64,000 bases of DNA from Xylographa opegraphella (GCA_022813865.1 JALDZX010000006.1:558001-622000), one strand, 5' to 3'; shown: positions 1 to 12,354, counted from the first letter of the stretch. Translations and numbers: made by a program. The notes: generated by a model from the letters alone, not told the origin.

Positions 1-318
1 CAGGAGAGAACGGGGAGATGGGGGCTGAACGTAGGAACGAAAGGCGTGTAATGTGTTTGCGATGGAAGCGGTGGCCGCTATTCGAGGCTTTCTAGTGCTG
101 AGAATCAGTGGATAGAGGATTAGAAAACCGATCAGATGTGGAGCTTTTCCTTCCCGTGCCTGGACTGTTGACATTTTGCCTGGCAGACATCGGTCGTAGC
201 GTGGTGACCTCATCCTCATCAACGTCGACGAACGAAAAGGATTCACCGTATTCCGCATTTTACTTACACACACTCGCGCACAGCTCCAAGCATCATCGGT
301 CTCGTGTCAGCACCCACA

Positions 319-1489
319 ATGGCCGACATCCAGCGCTGGACCGTGACCGAAGTGAGCTCTTCCCGCATCCCACGCCCCGTGCGAAGCGTTTGGCTGATGC
401 GCTCTGCAGCCCTACCTCCATCTGGACTGTGGACTGGGCGAGGCGCCCTTCTACGAGGAGGCCGGCCACCGTCTACGCTTTGTGGACATTGTCAAGAAGA
501 AACTGCACGTCGTCGATCTCCACAAAGGGCCGTCGTCGCTGGTGACTGTGGACCTGCAAGATTCGGTGGGGTGAGCGACGAGTTCTACGTCATTGTGCTT
601 GTTGCTTGTTGCTTGTTGCTTGTTGCTTGTTGCTTGTTGCTTGTTGCTTGTTCCCTCCACTGACCAGTGCACCACCCGGGGCCAGGATCACGGCCGATGT
701 CGACGGCGCGGAAGGCGACGAGATCATGGTCGGGGCCAAGTATGGGTATGCGATCGTCAACCGCACGACGGGCGCGATGCAGTACCTGAGGAAATTCTCC
801 GAGGACCCGGAACAAGGGAAACGGTATGCTGCCTCGCCTCGGTTCGATGCTGGGGCAATAATGGTCGACCGAGGAAGGGAAAGGCTAACGCGTCCCTCAG
901 GATGCGGTCCAATGACGGCGCCGTCGATACCAGTGGACGCTTCTGGGTGGGAACCATGAACGACCCGGCGATCACGGATCCTACCGACGTTGGCGTGGTC
1001 TTCCGCCTGGATCCCGACCTGACATTGCATCGTATGATCGAAAAGGTCACCATTCCCAACAGCATCGGCTGGAGCGCGGACGACACGACCATGTTCTTCA
1101 CCGACTCTCCCACCAAAACCATTTCGCGGTTCGATTACGACGCCGCCAGCGGCAGCATCTCGAATCGGCGGCCCTACTTCACGTACGAGGGCGACGAGGA
1201 AGGCGCGGCTCCCGACGGCTTCGCCCTGGACGTGGAAGGATGCCTGTGGACGGCGGTCTACGGCACCGGCAAAGTGCTTCGCGTGTCGCCGGAGGGGAAG
1301 TTGATTGGGGAGATCAGGCTGCCGACGCGGTGCGTGACATGCCCTCGATTTGCCGGCGAGGATCTGTTCATCACCAGCGCGGCGGAGGAAGACCCGAAGG
1401 CGCATCCCGAGTCCGCCAAGTACGGTGGAAGCGTCTTCCAAGTGCACGTGGGCGTGCAAGGGATGCCGATAAGGAAATGGAAGCGTTGA
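319..1489 (+). CDS. SMP-30/gluconolactonase/regucalcin-like protein; exons approx. 319-351, 410-570, 686-823, 901-1489
   Basis: Spliced product has LGEAPFY, MRSNDGAVD..GRFWVGTM, VTIPNSIGWS, PDGFALDVEGCLWTAVYG and VTCPRFAG motifs typical of SGL beta-propellers; GT-AG introns join the frames. Confidence 0.9.
596..652 (+). repeat. Heptamer tandem repeat (TGCTTGT)n, about 8 copies, within intron 2 of the SMP-30 gene
   Basis: Directly visible; explains the spurious LLVACC/QQATSNK ORFs. Confidence 0.95.
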
Positions 1490-3522
1490 ATTGCCGTAGC
1501 CGGGCTCAAACCAGAAGGTCGTTTACATAGTACATAAGTTGCGATCACGTAGTAGTAGTAGTCGTGTGTAGCGAAGTGCCTCAACCCTCTGAATGTATGC
1601 CGACGCTTCCCGTCGGAAGCATCGAGTCGCTGTCGTCGTGCCACGCCCGTTGCTTTTTCTTCAGGAAGCTATTCCGTAACAAACTCGGGTCGCGCCATGC
1701 TGTCGAATCAAGTGTGCCGGCGTTGGCACTGGTGGCGACCATAGTCCCAAGTCCATTGTTGCAACTGTGGTAGTCGTCAATGCCACGCCCCCCCCCATCC
1801 AAACTTACCGAGATCTTGGGTCGCCGGCTACCACCGTAAGTGGAAGGGTTAAGTTCTGCACGGAGGCGCGCCATGAGGCAGCCGGCGTGAGACTAAAAAC
1901 CCACGCCTGAGATCCGAACAATCTTCCGACGGGCCCAAGGGCCAAATCTCGCGGCATCGGAATGGCTGCTTAGCGGGTGTCTTGGAAATCGAACTCCGGT
2001 CAAAACGGCGGTAAATCGTTCGTAGGAGGGAGGGTTTTCCCTTTCCGACGACGCACGAGAGTTGGCTTTGCTGCCTCCTGCATGGGCCGACTGGGACCGG
2101 AAACGGCGTGCATGCGCTCCGCCCTCACCGCTCTGCCACGGGCGGGCTATTACGGCGACGAAGGATTGGCGTCTCAGGCCAATTCATGGGTCCGTGCTTT
2201 TTCCCAGGCAAGCGAAATCGAACAGGCTCGCGACGAGTTGGCATTCACGGCTCTCTCGTGTCGTTGTGCTGTTGCATGAGGACAACAGGTGGAGTGGACT
2301 AAGCATCGCTAGAGCCTTTCTCCGGTATTACCTAAGCTACGACACATTAATTTGGGAGAAAACGGTGCATGCGTGCGAAGATCATAATGATTGGGAAGAA
2401 CCTTTATGATTGGACGGAGGTAGGCTTTTCGTTCAGGCGTCCCAATCACATTGGAAGTGACGTTTTTTGTTTTTCGACGACTTGTGCTTTGGGACCCGAT
2501 GGACGCTGGCTATATGCCTCCCCTTCCGGCCCCCCGAAATCGATCTTGGAATCGAGGACGTCGAGACTTCGATCCTCTCTTCCACCGACTCGAACTCGAG
2601 CCTGAAGGTAAAAATGTCTGCGTTCGCAGCACGAGCAGTTCTGCCCCCGAGTCTGGACGGGCGCCGAGATCGGGGAGACTGCGTAGCGAATGACTGCTTG
2701 TCGTGCAAGTGTCAGAGCGCTGGGGGGCCCCCATGTAGCAAGTCAGCAAGTAGGCGTTTTGAACGAGGGAGCCAAGGAGCCAATGCGACCAGCTGCCAGC
2801 CTCGTGGCAAGCCTGGCCAGCACGACATTTCGAACGGCACGCATCGCTCGCATGCCCCCCATCCTGCCACCTAGCCTATCTCGCCTACGTACTACGGTCG
2901 GCGCGTGGCCCCACCGTTCCGTAACTAGGGAGAGTCCCGGGATGGGGGGTGCATACGGTGTGGTAAAGGTGCGGCGAACGTCAAACGGGAAGGTAAGGTA
3001 AGTCAGGTAGGAGGTACTTGGGTAAGGTACCTTGAATCATCCAAGAGAGCAAGGCACACGACGACTACAGGGACAACTCACTGACGCAGCGTGCACGGCA
3101 TCCAAACGTCCAATCTTCCAAACTCTCTCTCCCTCGTGCCTGTCGATCGAACACGCCCGAAAGCAAAAGCAACGTCATCGCTGGTATTTATAGCGGACCA
3201 GGGCGTGGCAGCGAAATTGGCTGACCTCATTATTGTGTCGTTGAGCGTGTCGTGGTCCGTGGGGGGGGGGAGGGGGCCTGCTGCTGGTTGCCAACACATG
3301 ATCCATGCACTCAGTCCCATGTCCGTAGTATGTATGTACGAAGTATGTAAGTGTACACGTATGTATGTCCTGACTTTTGTACTGTGTACATTGCAGCATG
3401 CCTACTGTACTCTACTCGTGCCCACCTTCCTCATGCCCTGCCGGGACGTGTCGGCGGGAGACCAATCGCCAGCATCCGACGATGCGGCTACGCAGTAGAG
3501 TAAGGCGAGGTTGCAGGCAGGG

Positions 3523-3527
<5 letters not shown>

Positions 3528-3552
<25 letters not shown>
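3528..3552. repeat. (GGT)n microsatellite
   Basis: Directly visible. Confidence 0.9.
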
Positions 3553-3553
<1 letters not shown>

Positions 3554-3879
3554 ACAGCCGATGCCGCATCACGGCCCAAAACATACCCACACCCGGTGGA
3601 AAGTAAGTCAAAGGCCCAAAAGCTAGACGACAAAAAGATAAAAAGTGCTGACGGGGTTGAAATTAAGGACGGTGACTTCTCTCCTGCTTTGTCGCTAGCT
3701 AGAAGACGTCCACGGGGATAGTGCTGCGTGGGCATGCACACGATGATGGCAACGCTGCCGACACACCTTTACCTGACCTCACTGCCCTCACTCGCATTCG
3801 TGTGTTCGAGCCAAGCTTCCTTCAGGATCAGACGTGGAAAGCGGCAGTTGCAGCACACGCTAGCGATGACCTCATTTCC

Positions 3880-3930
3880 TAATCCCCCCCCCCCCCCCCN
3901 CCCCTAAATGCCCCCTAATGCCCCCTAACT
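3880..3930. repeat. Poly-C run (contains an N) followed by imperfect CCCCTAA repeats
   Basis: Directly visible. Confidence 0.85.
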
Positions 3931-4796
3931 TAAATCCTCCCCGGCGCTGAAGTGTTGGTTGGCTACAGCGCAAATGATGTGAATGCAATTGGATCCTGGC
4001 ACACGATTACAGTAGTTCTAGTCCGTTCATTTAAAAAGAAATGTGTGAGGCTTCTTTGGATTTGATGCGGCTTCGACTTACATGGGAATCCCATTCGTGC
4101 CAAGTCGCTTCTGGAACGAATAGCTGTTGTGGTGCGTATCTAGTGATGCGAGAAACACCAGTGGCCAGGCTGGACAAGGGCCTCGTTCGGGATCTCGATA
4201 AGTCGACGGTGCAGGCGGGTCACACCAGATCTCAGCGGCGAGCGAGACGGCGTCCAACGAGGCACTCGTGGGCAGTCAGTGGTGGTTCAGTGGAGGTGGT
4301 GCCAGCTGTCGGATGCGTGGCGTCGAGGTGTGCCATCCGAAGAAGGCGGTGAGGCAGCCCGAGGAGTCATTATGGCTTTTTAGTTCTACGATTATCATGA
4401 CTTTTAATACGACGTAGGGTGGTATTGTTGTGGACGACAAGTACTGGCGGCCGTGTACGGAGCACGATACCTTCCCTTCCCCTCGCAAGCTTTGTATACA
4501 TGACCTAAAATCGCCCGTGCGTCCGGAGGTAGCTCTCCACGTATACGACGGACAAGTAGCTGCACGGCGGCGCACGAAAGGGCATGCACGCATCATGCAT
4601 GCCCACCGTCGGGGAAAGCCAGCCGTCCGAGCTCTCCGTGCCTGCTGCACGGCAACCCAAAAGGCGGAACCCAAAGCCTCGACGCGCTGGTGGTTGGGAA
4701 TTGCCCAATGAGGACGCCGTCGCAACACGCTCGTCATGGGCCCAATGGCAAGCAGTCGGCCGCTTCAGGTGTGCCACCCCTTCCTCCCTTCCGGGT

Positions 4797-4834
4797 TTGT
4801 GTGTGTGTGTGTGTGTGGGTGGGTGGGTGGGTGT
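4797..4834. repeat. (GT)n plus (GGGT)n microsatellite
   Basis: Directly visible. Confidence 0.9.
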
Positions 4835-5355
4835 GGCTCTTCTGCATGCCATACATGGTACATAAGCTTGCGTGCTACGCTTGAGTAGGCGCCTACACTG
4901 GAGCTTTGCACTGACGCCGGCTTGCGTGGGAGAGTGTCGACAAGCCACGTGGGTGAGGCATCGCTTGGGCAGCCAGAAAGCAAACTTGCCATGGCCCAAC
5001 ACCGATCGATGCGCGTTGCCTCGCTGCCGTTCGCTGCAGCAGGCGGAGCCCGTCGGTCGTGAACCGGTTCTGACTCGCAGAGCGACCCGGCACTGGAGAA
5101 AGCGAGCCACGCCCCCAAGGACAACGAGGGCCAACCATCTTCACCGCCAGGATTGTAGGAAGGAAGGGGGTGGGACGCGGTCTCATCGTGGAGGCCAGGT
5201 TGGGACAGATTGTATCTGGCGGCTTTATTATTATGACTTGGGCAACCTCACCGGTGGTAGAACAGTGGAAAGGCTTGCCCAAGAAGCTTCCCAATTACCG
5301 GCGGTGGCTGTCCCAGGCCCCAAGCTTGGGATGTTGGAGCTGTTTTTGTCCGTAG

Positions 5356-5394
5356 AATAATAATAATAATAATACTACTAATAATAATAATAAT
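5356..5394. repeat. (AAT)n microsatellite
   Basis: Directly visible. Confidence 0.9.
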
Positions 5395-6891
5395 CATCCT
5401 TCATTTAGGGCACGGTACTTGACTCTTAGTCGTGTGTCATGTTCCTGGAAGCGATCATTCTCCTTCCATTTCAACCAGCCTCGCCACCGGCCGTTCAGCT
5501 GGTGGTACGGAGCACAGGACTACTTCTTATTATTCATCTCGCTATCGCGGCCCCCCAACGACGAAGAATGATGACCGTTCAGTCGATAGATACCTGAGAT
5601 AACAACACAGACCCTGCTGTCATCCTGCTACCGTGCACACGTTGGACCTCGCAGCCCCGTCATCCGGCGTAATTACGACGGTCTCTCTCCCACCGCATCC
5701 CCCTTCACCGCGATGGCGCATTTTGCAAAGCAACTTCCTTCTCCATCCTTGATCCCTATCCTGCCACACCCCCCGACACGCACTCGACACCACCACCACA
5801 CTACTTCGTACCCTTCTGTCACACACACTTCCTGCACGCAGAACAAGCAGGGCCAGCACGTTCTTCCATGGGTCGGGGCCTTCTAGTGAGACCCCCAGCA
5901 GTTCCACTGCCATGTTCCGTCATCCCCGACCACCGCCCACCAGCACTAACGCCGACCGTGGTCGCCTGTAGCGCTGGTGCTTCCCACATTTGACAGCTGG
6001 GAGCTTGGTCCGACAGGCCAGCCAACAAACTCGTGCGAGACTTTTCCCCCAGACTCTCAGACTCAGATTGCCAGGCCCCGGAGAGGCTTCCATGGGGGCC
6101 TGCGATGTTCACCAGATTTACTGATCACTCTCCCAGCACCTCCCCCGTTCCAGATCTCAGCAACCCTTCCCACCATCCCTCCCGAACGAGTATACAGTAC
6201 ACCGTACACCGTACACCCCTCCTCCCCCTTTGCGCCTCACTGTCATCATAAAGAAAGGCTGCCCTGCACGTCCCGTGTCTGCCTGTGCTGGCCCTCACCG
6301 CCGAACTCGCCCATTGAAAACCCGGAGCCTTTCAAAAACGGGGCGGATCGACAACCCCCAAGTGTGGAGGGAACCAAATATCAGACTGCTCGCCTGCTGT
6401 TGACCCGACCTCCGTCTGATAGACAGTAACACTCCCGTCCTTCGTCGGAACGAAGCAGCACCTCGCTCGATATCTTCGCCCGTCAACTCCCAGAAACACC
6501 ACTCGATTGCACGCATCGCCATCTCAGAGTGCTACGCAATGTGATTCGAGCACCTCGGCCGTCCTCCGCACCCAATCGGTCCTAAGCGAGTGCAACTCTG
6601 TCCAACGCTCAGCGCCAAAAACCGTGGGACGCCCCGTCGTCCCCCGTGACACTCGCCGTCGTGGCTGCCTTCCAAGTGAGCCCTCCGTCCTTGCCCAGTC
6701 CGCTTCCCTTTCCAGGACCGTACTCGCTCGCCGAGCTGGAGGAACGCATTGCCGAATTCCAGACCTCCGTGCAACGGTCGCTCTCCCACCTGCAGTACGA
6801 GAAGAGCCCGGGCTATTGGGAGGGGGAGCAATACCGTCAATGTTCCGCCAGCCGAGAGAATCAGAGCTTCCCGAGCCGGAATCCGCACCCA

Positions 6892-8469
6892 ATGTCGCAG
6901 AAGCCCGCTGGGTCCGGCCCTCAGCACACTCCTTCGTACCATGGAGGCGGCTCATCGTCAGCGAAAGATCCCCCGAAAGGTGCGTCCGTGGTCGGTGGCC
7001 ACAAGTTGCCATCTCCACCCGGCGGCGAGCATGCACGAGACGCGGCCGTGGCCAGCCCAGGTTCCACCGCCTCGTCGCGGACCCAACGGGCGTCAGCACC
7101 CACCAGTGAGATCGAACTCGCCGCGTCTCGCCCACTCAAGATGCATAACATCCTCAACCCACCGAACCTGGCGAACGAGATGCTCCGCCAGCGGGTGGTG
7201 TCACAAGCAGAGACTCCACCGACCGCACATGCCGCGCTGTCACAATATTCTTCCGAGCCCTCACCTGAGACTTCCAGCCGTGGAGCAACACCGGGCACGA
7301 TCCTTCCTCCCATGAATCTGTACTCGTCCTCCATCGTGCATGGCAACCGCCTGATGACGCCCAACTCGTTGTCGCGAGGGGGGTTTCATCCCGCTGGCGT
7401 CAACGTGCCGAGTGGGACCATTGACGCAAAAGTGTCCCCGTTCCTTCCCGTCGGGAGTCAAGCCTACAATCCTCTCCCCGCACCCGTCACGCACGCAATG
7501 CCGCCCCTCGGCACGACTCCTCCGATCGTTCCGAGGCCGTTGTATGGATTCCCTCCACAGCAGACACACACTCCTCCCGATCGCCGGTCCGGCGATATGA
7601 ACTCGCACGCACCCCCGTCGCAGAGCAACAGTCCGGCTACTTCGTATTCGTCGTACAGCCATCCGAGTCATCCTTCGCCGGCCCCTCAACACACCACGCC
7701 GACGACTCAGGGCCCCAAATCGATGTACTACTCCTCGCATGGGTCGGCCAGTGGGAGGGCATCGGTGGGACCACAAATCACCCTCGGGTCGGACTCCTCT
7801 TACGGTCCCTTGGCGAGTTCGGTTGGACAGAGTACATATCAACTCATGACGCTGGACACGGATCAAGGTCCTATACAGGTACCTGTTGACGTGCAAGCTG
7901 CATCGAAAATGGCTGACGAGAAACGTAAGCGCAACGCCGGTGCCTCGGCCAGATTTCGCCAGCGCCGGAAAGAGAAGGAGAGGGAGGCTTCGACCACGAT
8001 CACGAAGCTGGAAACTCAAATCCGGGACCTCACCGAAGAACGGGACTACTACCGCGTCGAACGGGACTATTTTCGAGGGATCGTGTACAGCACCTCTGCT
8101 CAGGCCCTCGTCGTGCCACGGGTTCCGTCCCCGCGGCTGCGCAAATCGTCCCAATCTTCGGCGGCAACGTCACGTGGCGATGCGCAGTGGGAACAGTCGG
8201 ACGATCGTGGTGCGCAAACGGGCAGGAACACCAGGAGGCGGATTGACTCCTTCACCCCCGCCTACGAGCTTCCCACGTCCGGCATGGCTCCTCCGAACCC
8301 GTCGCCGGCATACCCGAGTGCAGCGCCGTTCTCCCCTTTCCCCAAAACAGAACCTCGTGCCCATACGCCGCTCCAACGACCCTCCGTCCTCCCTGGGCCA
8401 CACCGGATGGGACCGTTTGATCCTGTGGGCCATGCCGGTTACGAGCGAGCGTGGACGACCAGTCAATAA
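6892..8469 (+). CDS. bZIP transcription factor with Pro/Ser-rich N-terminus; start uncertain (frame open from 6586, first ATG 6892, next ATG 7141)
   Basis: Basic region EKRKRNAGASARFRQRRKEKE followed by heptad repeat ITKLETQIRDLTEERDYYRVERDYFR. Confidence 0.9.
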   Translation: MSQKPAGSGPQHTPSYHGGGSSSAKDPPKGASVVGGHKLPSPPGGEHARDAAVASPGSTASSRTQRASAPTSEIELAASRPLKMHNILNPPNLANEMLRQRVVSQAETPPTAHAALSQYSSEPSPETSSRGATPGTILPPMNLYSSSIVHGNRLMTPNSLSRGGFHPAGVNVPSGTIDAKVSPFLPVGSQAYNPLPAPVTHAMPPLGTTPPIVPRPLYGFPPQQTHTPPDRRSGDMNSHAPPSQSNSPATSYSSYSHPSHPSPAPQHTTPTTQGPKSMYYSSHGSASGRASVGPQITLGSDSSYGPLASSVGQSTYQLMTLDTDQGPIQVPVDVQAASKMADEKRKRNAGASARFRQRRKEKEREASTTITKLETQIRDLTEERDYYRVERDYFRGIVYSTSAQALVVPRVPSPRLRKSSQSSAATSRGDAQWEQSDDRGAQTGRNTRRRIDSFTPAYELPTSGMAPPNPSPAYPSAAPFSPFPKTEPRAHTPLQRPSVLPGPHRMGPFDPVGHAGYERAWTTSQ

Positions 8470-8788
8470 AGCATAGATTCGAGTTTCGGTCGTGCCACGC
8501 TGCATCACACGAATAGGACCCCCAGGCCAACAACAAGACGATCTCTCCTTCCTTTTCCACGTCGATTTTCATCACTCTGCATGCGACTTTAGCGCTGGTC
8601 TTTTGGCGTCCCGTTCCATATACCCCCCGGTCGGCAATTCTGTTCAGCGTCTGCGTCTTGTGTGCCTTTGCGTCGTTTGCGAGCGATACCCCCCACCCCC
8701 TCGGATTCTGCTCACACGCTCCTTTTTGGCTTTCGCGCCTCGTCGGCTCCGCCATGTACATTTTTTATCCTCCGAGGATTTCACGCCA

Positions 8789-9270
8789 TCACATACATAC
8801 ATACATACATACATACGTATACATATCGACCGGTTGTCTCCATCAACCGGCCTGAAGAAAGGGGGGGGCGGGGTTGCGCGGGCTCGCTGTATATATATAC
8901 ACACATCTCAGTTTTCTGTTTCCTGGACAATTTCATTTCTCATCGCTTGGCGCTGTGCATATTTTCGTGGAGCGTGGCGTGGCGTGGCGTGGCGCGGTTC
9001 GCTTTCGGGGGGGCCAGTGCCAGAATCAAAAGTGCGGCGGCTGTTATTATTGCTTCTCGTCACTTGCGAGCAAAGGTCGGTGTGGGGGTTTGGGGTGGGG
9101 GGGGGGGGGCGCCGGGAAGGAACCTGGCACGGAGGCAGCATTCTGGGGACTTGGCGGGGTGGGGCGCGATGGGGGGTTTTAGATTCTGTTCGGAGGTTTT
9201 TTGTAATGCGGCTGTGGCAGATTGTTTGCGTGGGGGTGGGGGTGGGATATACATATATATATATATAAAT
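8789..9270. repeat. Cluster of simple repeats (ACAT)n, (GCGTG)n, G-runs and (AT)n downstream of the bZIP stop
   Basis: Directly visible. Confidence 0.85.
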
Positions 9271-9849
9271 ACAGATGACAGATGTCGATACATACAGACG
9301 GAATGGAAGGGGTGGGTTTTCGAGGCTGATGTTGTTGTTGATGTGGATGTTGATATTGATATTGATACCGCTCGCTACTTACCTACCTTATGCGTGCTAT
9401 ACCGCTGACGCACTCACTAAGGTAGGTCCTGTCGTCCCTCGCTTCCCTGCGCTGCGAGGCGTGTAGCGTACTGTACTGTACTCTGCCCCTGGCCCTACCC
9501 TCACGCACTCACTCCCCCCTTTGCCTTCCGAATCCGGCGAGACCTACCTACCCTCTACCCTCCCTGAAACCAGATTAAATAAAAACAGCAGACGGGGACC
9601 CGCGTGCATTCGTCCGTCCCGGAACAGTAGAATACAACCAACTGCGCGTTCTTGGAGGTCTTTTGCGGTTTGAGATGGTAGCCAGCTACTTTGCTGGTTA
9701 ATCCTGGGCGCGGGCTACGCAGCGAGGCAGCTTCGCCTTCGTGCCCTCTTGCGAAAGCCTACGCGCTCGATTGTTGGACTTTACCGCCCGGCCCGTCCGT
9801 CAAGAGCCGCCGCAGGCCTGCGCTATCGCGTTCGCGGGTGCGTGTATAT

Positions 9850-9985
9850 GGAGCGGAGCGGAGCGGAGCGGGTTGGAGCGGGTCGGAGCGGATAGAATCG
9901 GAGCGGATAGAGCGGAGTATGTCCCGTCTGCGGGTGGATGGGGGCGTATAGGTGGGAATGGTGGGAATGGTGGGAACGGTGGGAA
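9850..9985. repeat. (GGAGC)n and (GGTGGGAAT)n tandem repeats
   Basis: Directly visible. Confidence 0.85.
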
Positions 9986-11201
9986 GGGCAGCTTTTCGCT
10001 CGTAGGTGGGTGTGCTTGTACGGTAGGCATGTGGGGGGGGATTGAGGGGGTGGGGAGGGGCGGAAAGAAAGGGGCTGATAGGGCTTGACCGAGATACTAC
10101 CGGGGGAAGAGAGAGAGGGGAGGTTGACTCCTCGGTTAACCTTTCCGCTTGCGGGGGTGTCACCGCGCATGGCTGGGAGGTAGGTAGGTCAGAGGGGGCG
10201 GTATGTTTTGATAGTTATGCTATGTGTACTCCGCTCCGCGCACACATCTCCGCCCTACCACCCCCCCACTAATAACCCATATTCCGGCAACCAAAAAAAA
10301 CGTGGACTCGCGGGTGCGGTCCCAACTTCCGCCCTACTCGACTACTGCGGGGAAGCCCTTTACCTCTTATCTTATCTCCACTCCAACCCCCGACCTCACC
10401 AAACAGGCACGGGGTCCTCGTATCTCGCAGCGGCGGAGCGGACAGCGGAAATGTCCCTTTCGCGCACTTACGAACTGATTCCCAGCTTCCTACGCCTCTG
10501 GGATTGGGGATGGCGAGATGAGGTCGGAGGGGGGTGGATTTCGGTGGTGTTGGTTTTAGTGTTGGTTTTGTGTGGATTAAGGGAGAGAGGGAGAAAGGGG
10601 TTAGGAGAGGGGAGTGGGGATGAGTTATGGATTATACTCTATACTACATACCCTCCCGCGTGTTGCCTTCCGCCGCGTCTAGCATATCTCTATCGTAAAA
10701 CTCATGATTTCAACCTGACCGGATATGATCGTGCCTGCTACAGAGCAACGGAAAGGGGGAGGCATGATTGGAGCGCTGGTGCGGAGGAGATGCACGGTCT
10801 ATAGCTTCTTTATAGTGCCGCGCGGTGGAGACGAGGTGGTGGATACGGAGCGAAGGGGAGATCAATAGGTCCCTAGTAGATAGTCAGTTGAGCGAAAAAC
10901 GGGACACGGGTACGAGACACAGGAGACGTTTTTCGAACATGTTGTAAACACAGCCAGACACCGCACTTTGCACGCGGCGTGGGGAGAATGCCATACCGTC
11001 CGTCCACTTGTAGCTAGTCTACTTAGTCTGCCCATCTGGGTCCCGCTGCTGACGCATATTAAAAACCCTGCCTGAGCTATCCATCCACTTTAATTACATT
11101 TCTTAAGAAGTCAACCCACAACCCCCGGAGCTCATAACGACACAGTACAGCACAATAAAAACGGCGAGAATGCAAAAGAACCCGCCCTCACCCTACCTCA
11201 C

Positions 11202-11741
11202 TCACTCCTCCCCGCCACTATCCCACCCCGCCAACCCCTCCCTCACCATCTCCCCCAAACTCCTCACCCCGCCCTCCCCCCTTTCCCCCTCGAGCCTGAA
11301 CCTCCCCCTCACCAAATCCCCCAACCGCCTCCCCCCCTCCTCCCTTTCCCTTTCCACCATCTCCGCCCCTTTCCTCTGGCCCTCCCCTCCCCCACCCTTC
11401 CCCTCCACCTCCCTTAGCCACTTCCCGACCCCAACATCCCCCAGCCTCTTCCAGACATCGTACTCCGCGCGCCTCACCCTGCGCGGCCAGTCGCCGCGGG
11501 CGATCTCGTCGCGCAGGCGGTAGATGTGCGTTTCGATGGCGAGCGGGGAGGTGCCGCGTGCGTAGCTTGCGCCGCTGCGCAGAGTGGTGTAGAGGCGGGA
11601 TTCGGCGCGGTAGCGCAGGCAGGTGCGGCAGGAGGGGGAGGCGGCGAGGGGCCAGCAGGAGGGGGTGCAGTGCGGGTGGCGGGTATGGATGCGGTGCGTG
11701 CAGGGGAGGCGGTGGGTGGAAGAGGAGGAGTGGGAGGGCAT
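11202..11741 (-). CDS. Hypothetical protein (about 179 aa) with N-terminal Cys/His cluster
   Basis: ORF from ATG 11741 with strong C/G third-position bias; motif HRLPCTHRIHTRHPHCTPSC...CRTC; possible upstream intron with GTATGT donor near 11882. Confidence 0.5.
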   Translation of the reverse strand: MPSHSSSSTHRLPCTHRIHTRHPHCTPSCWPLAASPSCRTCLRYRAESRLYTTLRSGASYARGTSPLAIETHIYRLRDEIARGDWPRRVRRAEYDVWKRLGDVGVGKWLREVEGKGGGGEGQRKGAEMVEREREEGGRRLGDLVRGRFRLEGERGEGGVRSLGEMVREGLAGWDSGGEE

Positions 11742-12354
11742 GGGGAGGTGGGGGGAAGGGGGAGAAAGAGGGCACGCGCCTGGGGTTGGGGGCTGAGGGC
11801 GGGCGCGGACGGAAAGTGGTGGGTTGTCTATGATGTCGGTGGTGGTGGTGGTTGGACGTGAGGAGGGAGAGAGTAAACATACCTGACGTTTGGTACTTGG
11901 ATTTAGTAGGTGTGGGTGATGAATCATGGGTGTGGAGTGCGTGGTGTTTGCAGACGGATTGGTGCGCTAGGAACAACGGCGGTGGGGGACGTGTAATAAA
12001 AGAATGAACAAGGGGTTGGTGGAGGAAGTTCTTTGTGCGGATGAGACGAGGTGTTTCTATGGAAGAAAGGGGAAAATGCATTGTTTGGAGATTTCTTTGA
12101 TACAAAACGGGAATTGGAAAGAAGCTTTGTTCTCTTGTGGCGGAAAATGGCTTGGCCCGGATGCGCCATCGTCAGAGTTGTTATGCTATGGTAGCATGCT
12201 TGTCGGGTGAAGTTGTGGCCGAACTCGAAAGGAACATATTAGTGTCTTGGTCATCGCATTTCAAGAAGCACGTTGTATGAGGATGCCACTTCTGATTTTG
12301 ATGCGTGTTCAAATAGGCTGTTGGCGAGTTCTTGCCCTGATATTCTGCAGCTTG

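Noticed and set aside
3880..3930. Interstitial telomere-like CCCTAA repeats
   Set aside because: Only three or four imperfect, spaced copies next to a poly-C run
1500..6500. Many 60-200 aa ORFs on both strands
   Set aside because: No recognisable motifs; expected in GC-rich low-complexity DNA
8492..10804. ORFs of about 200-258 aa downstream of the bZIP gene
   Set aside because: Built from microsatellites and G-runs with non-ATG starts; UTR or intergenic
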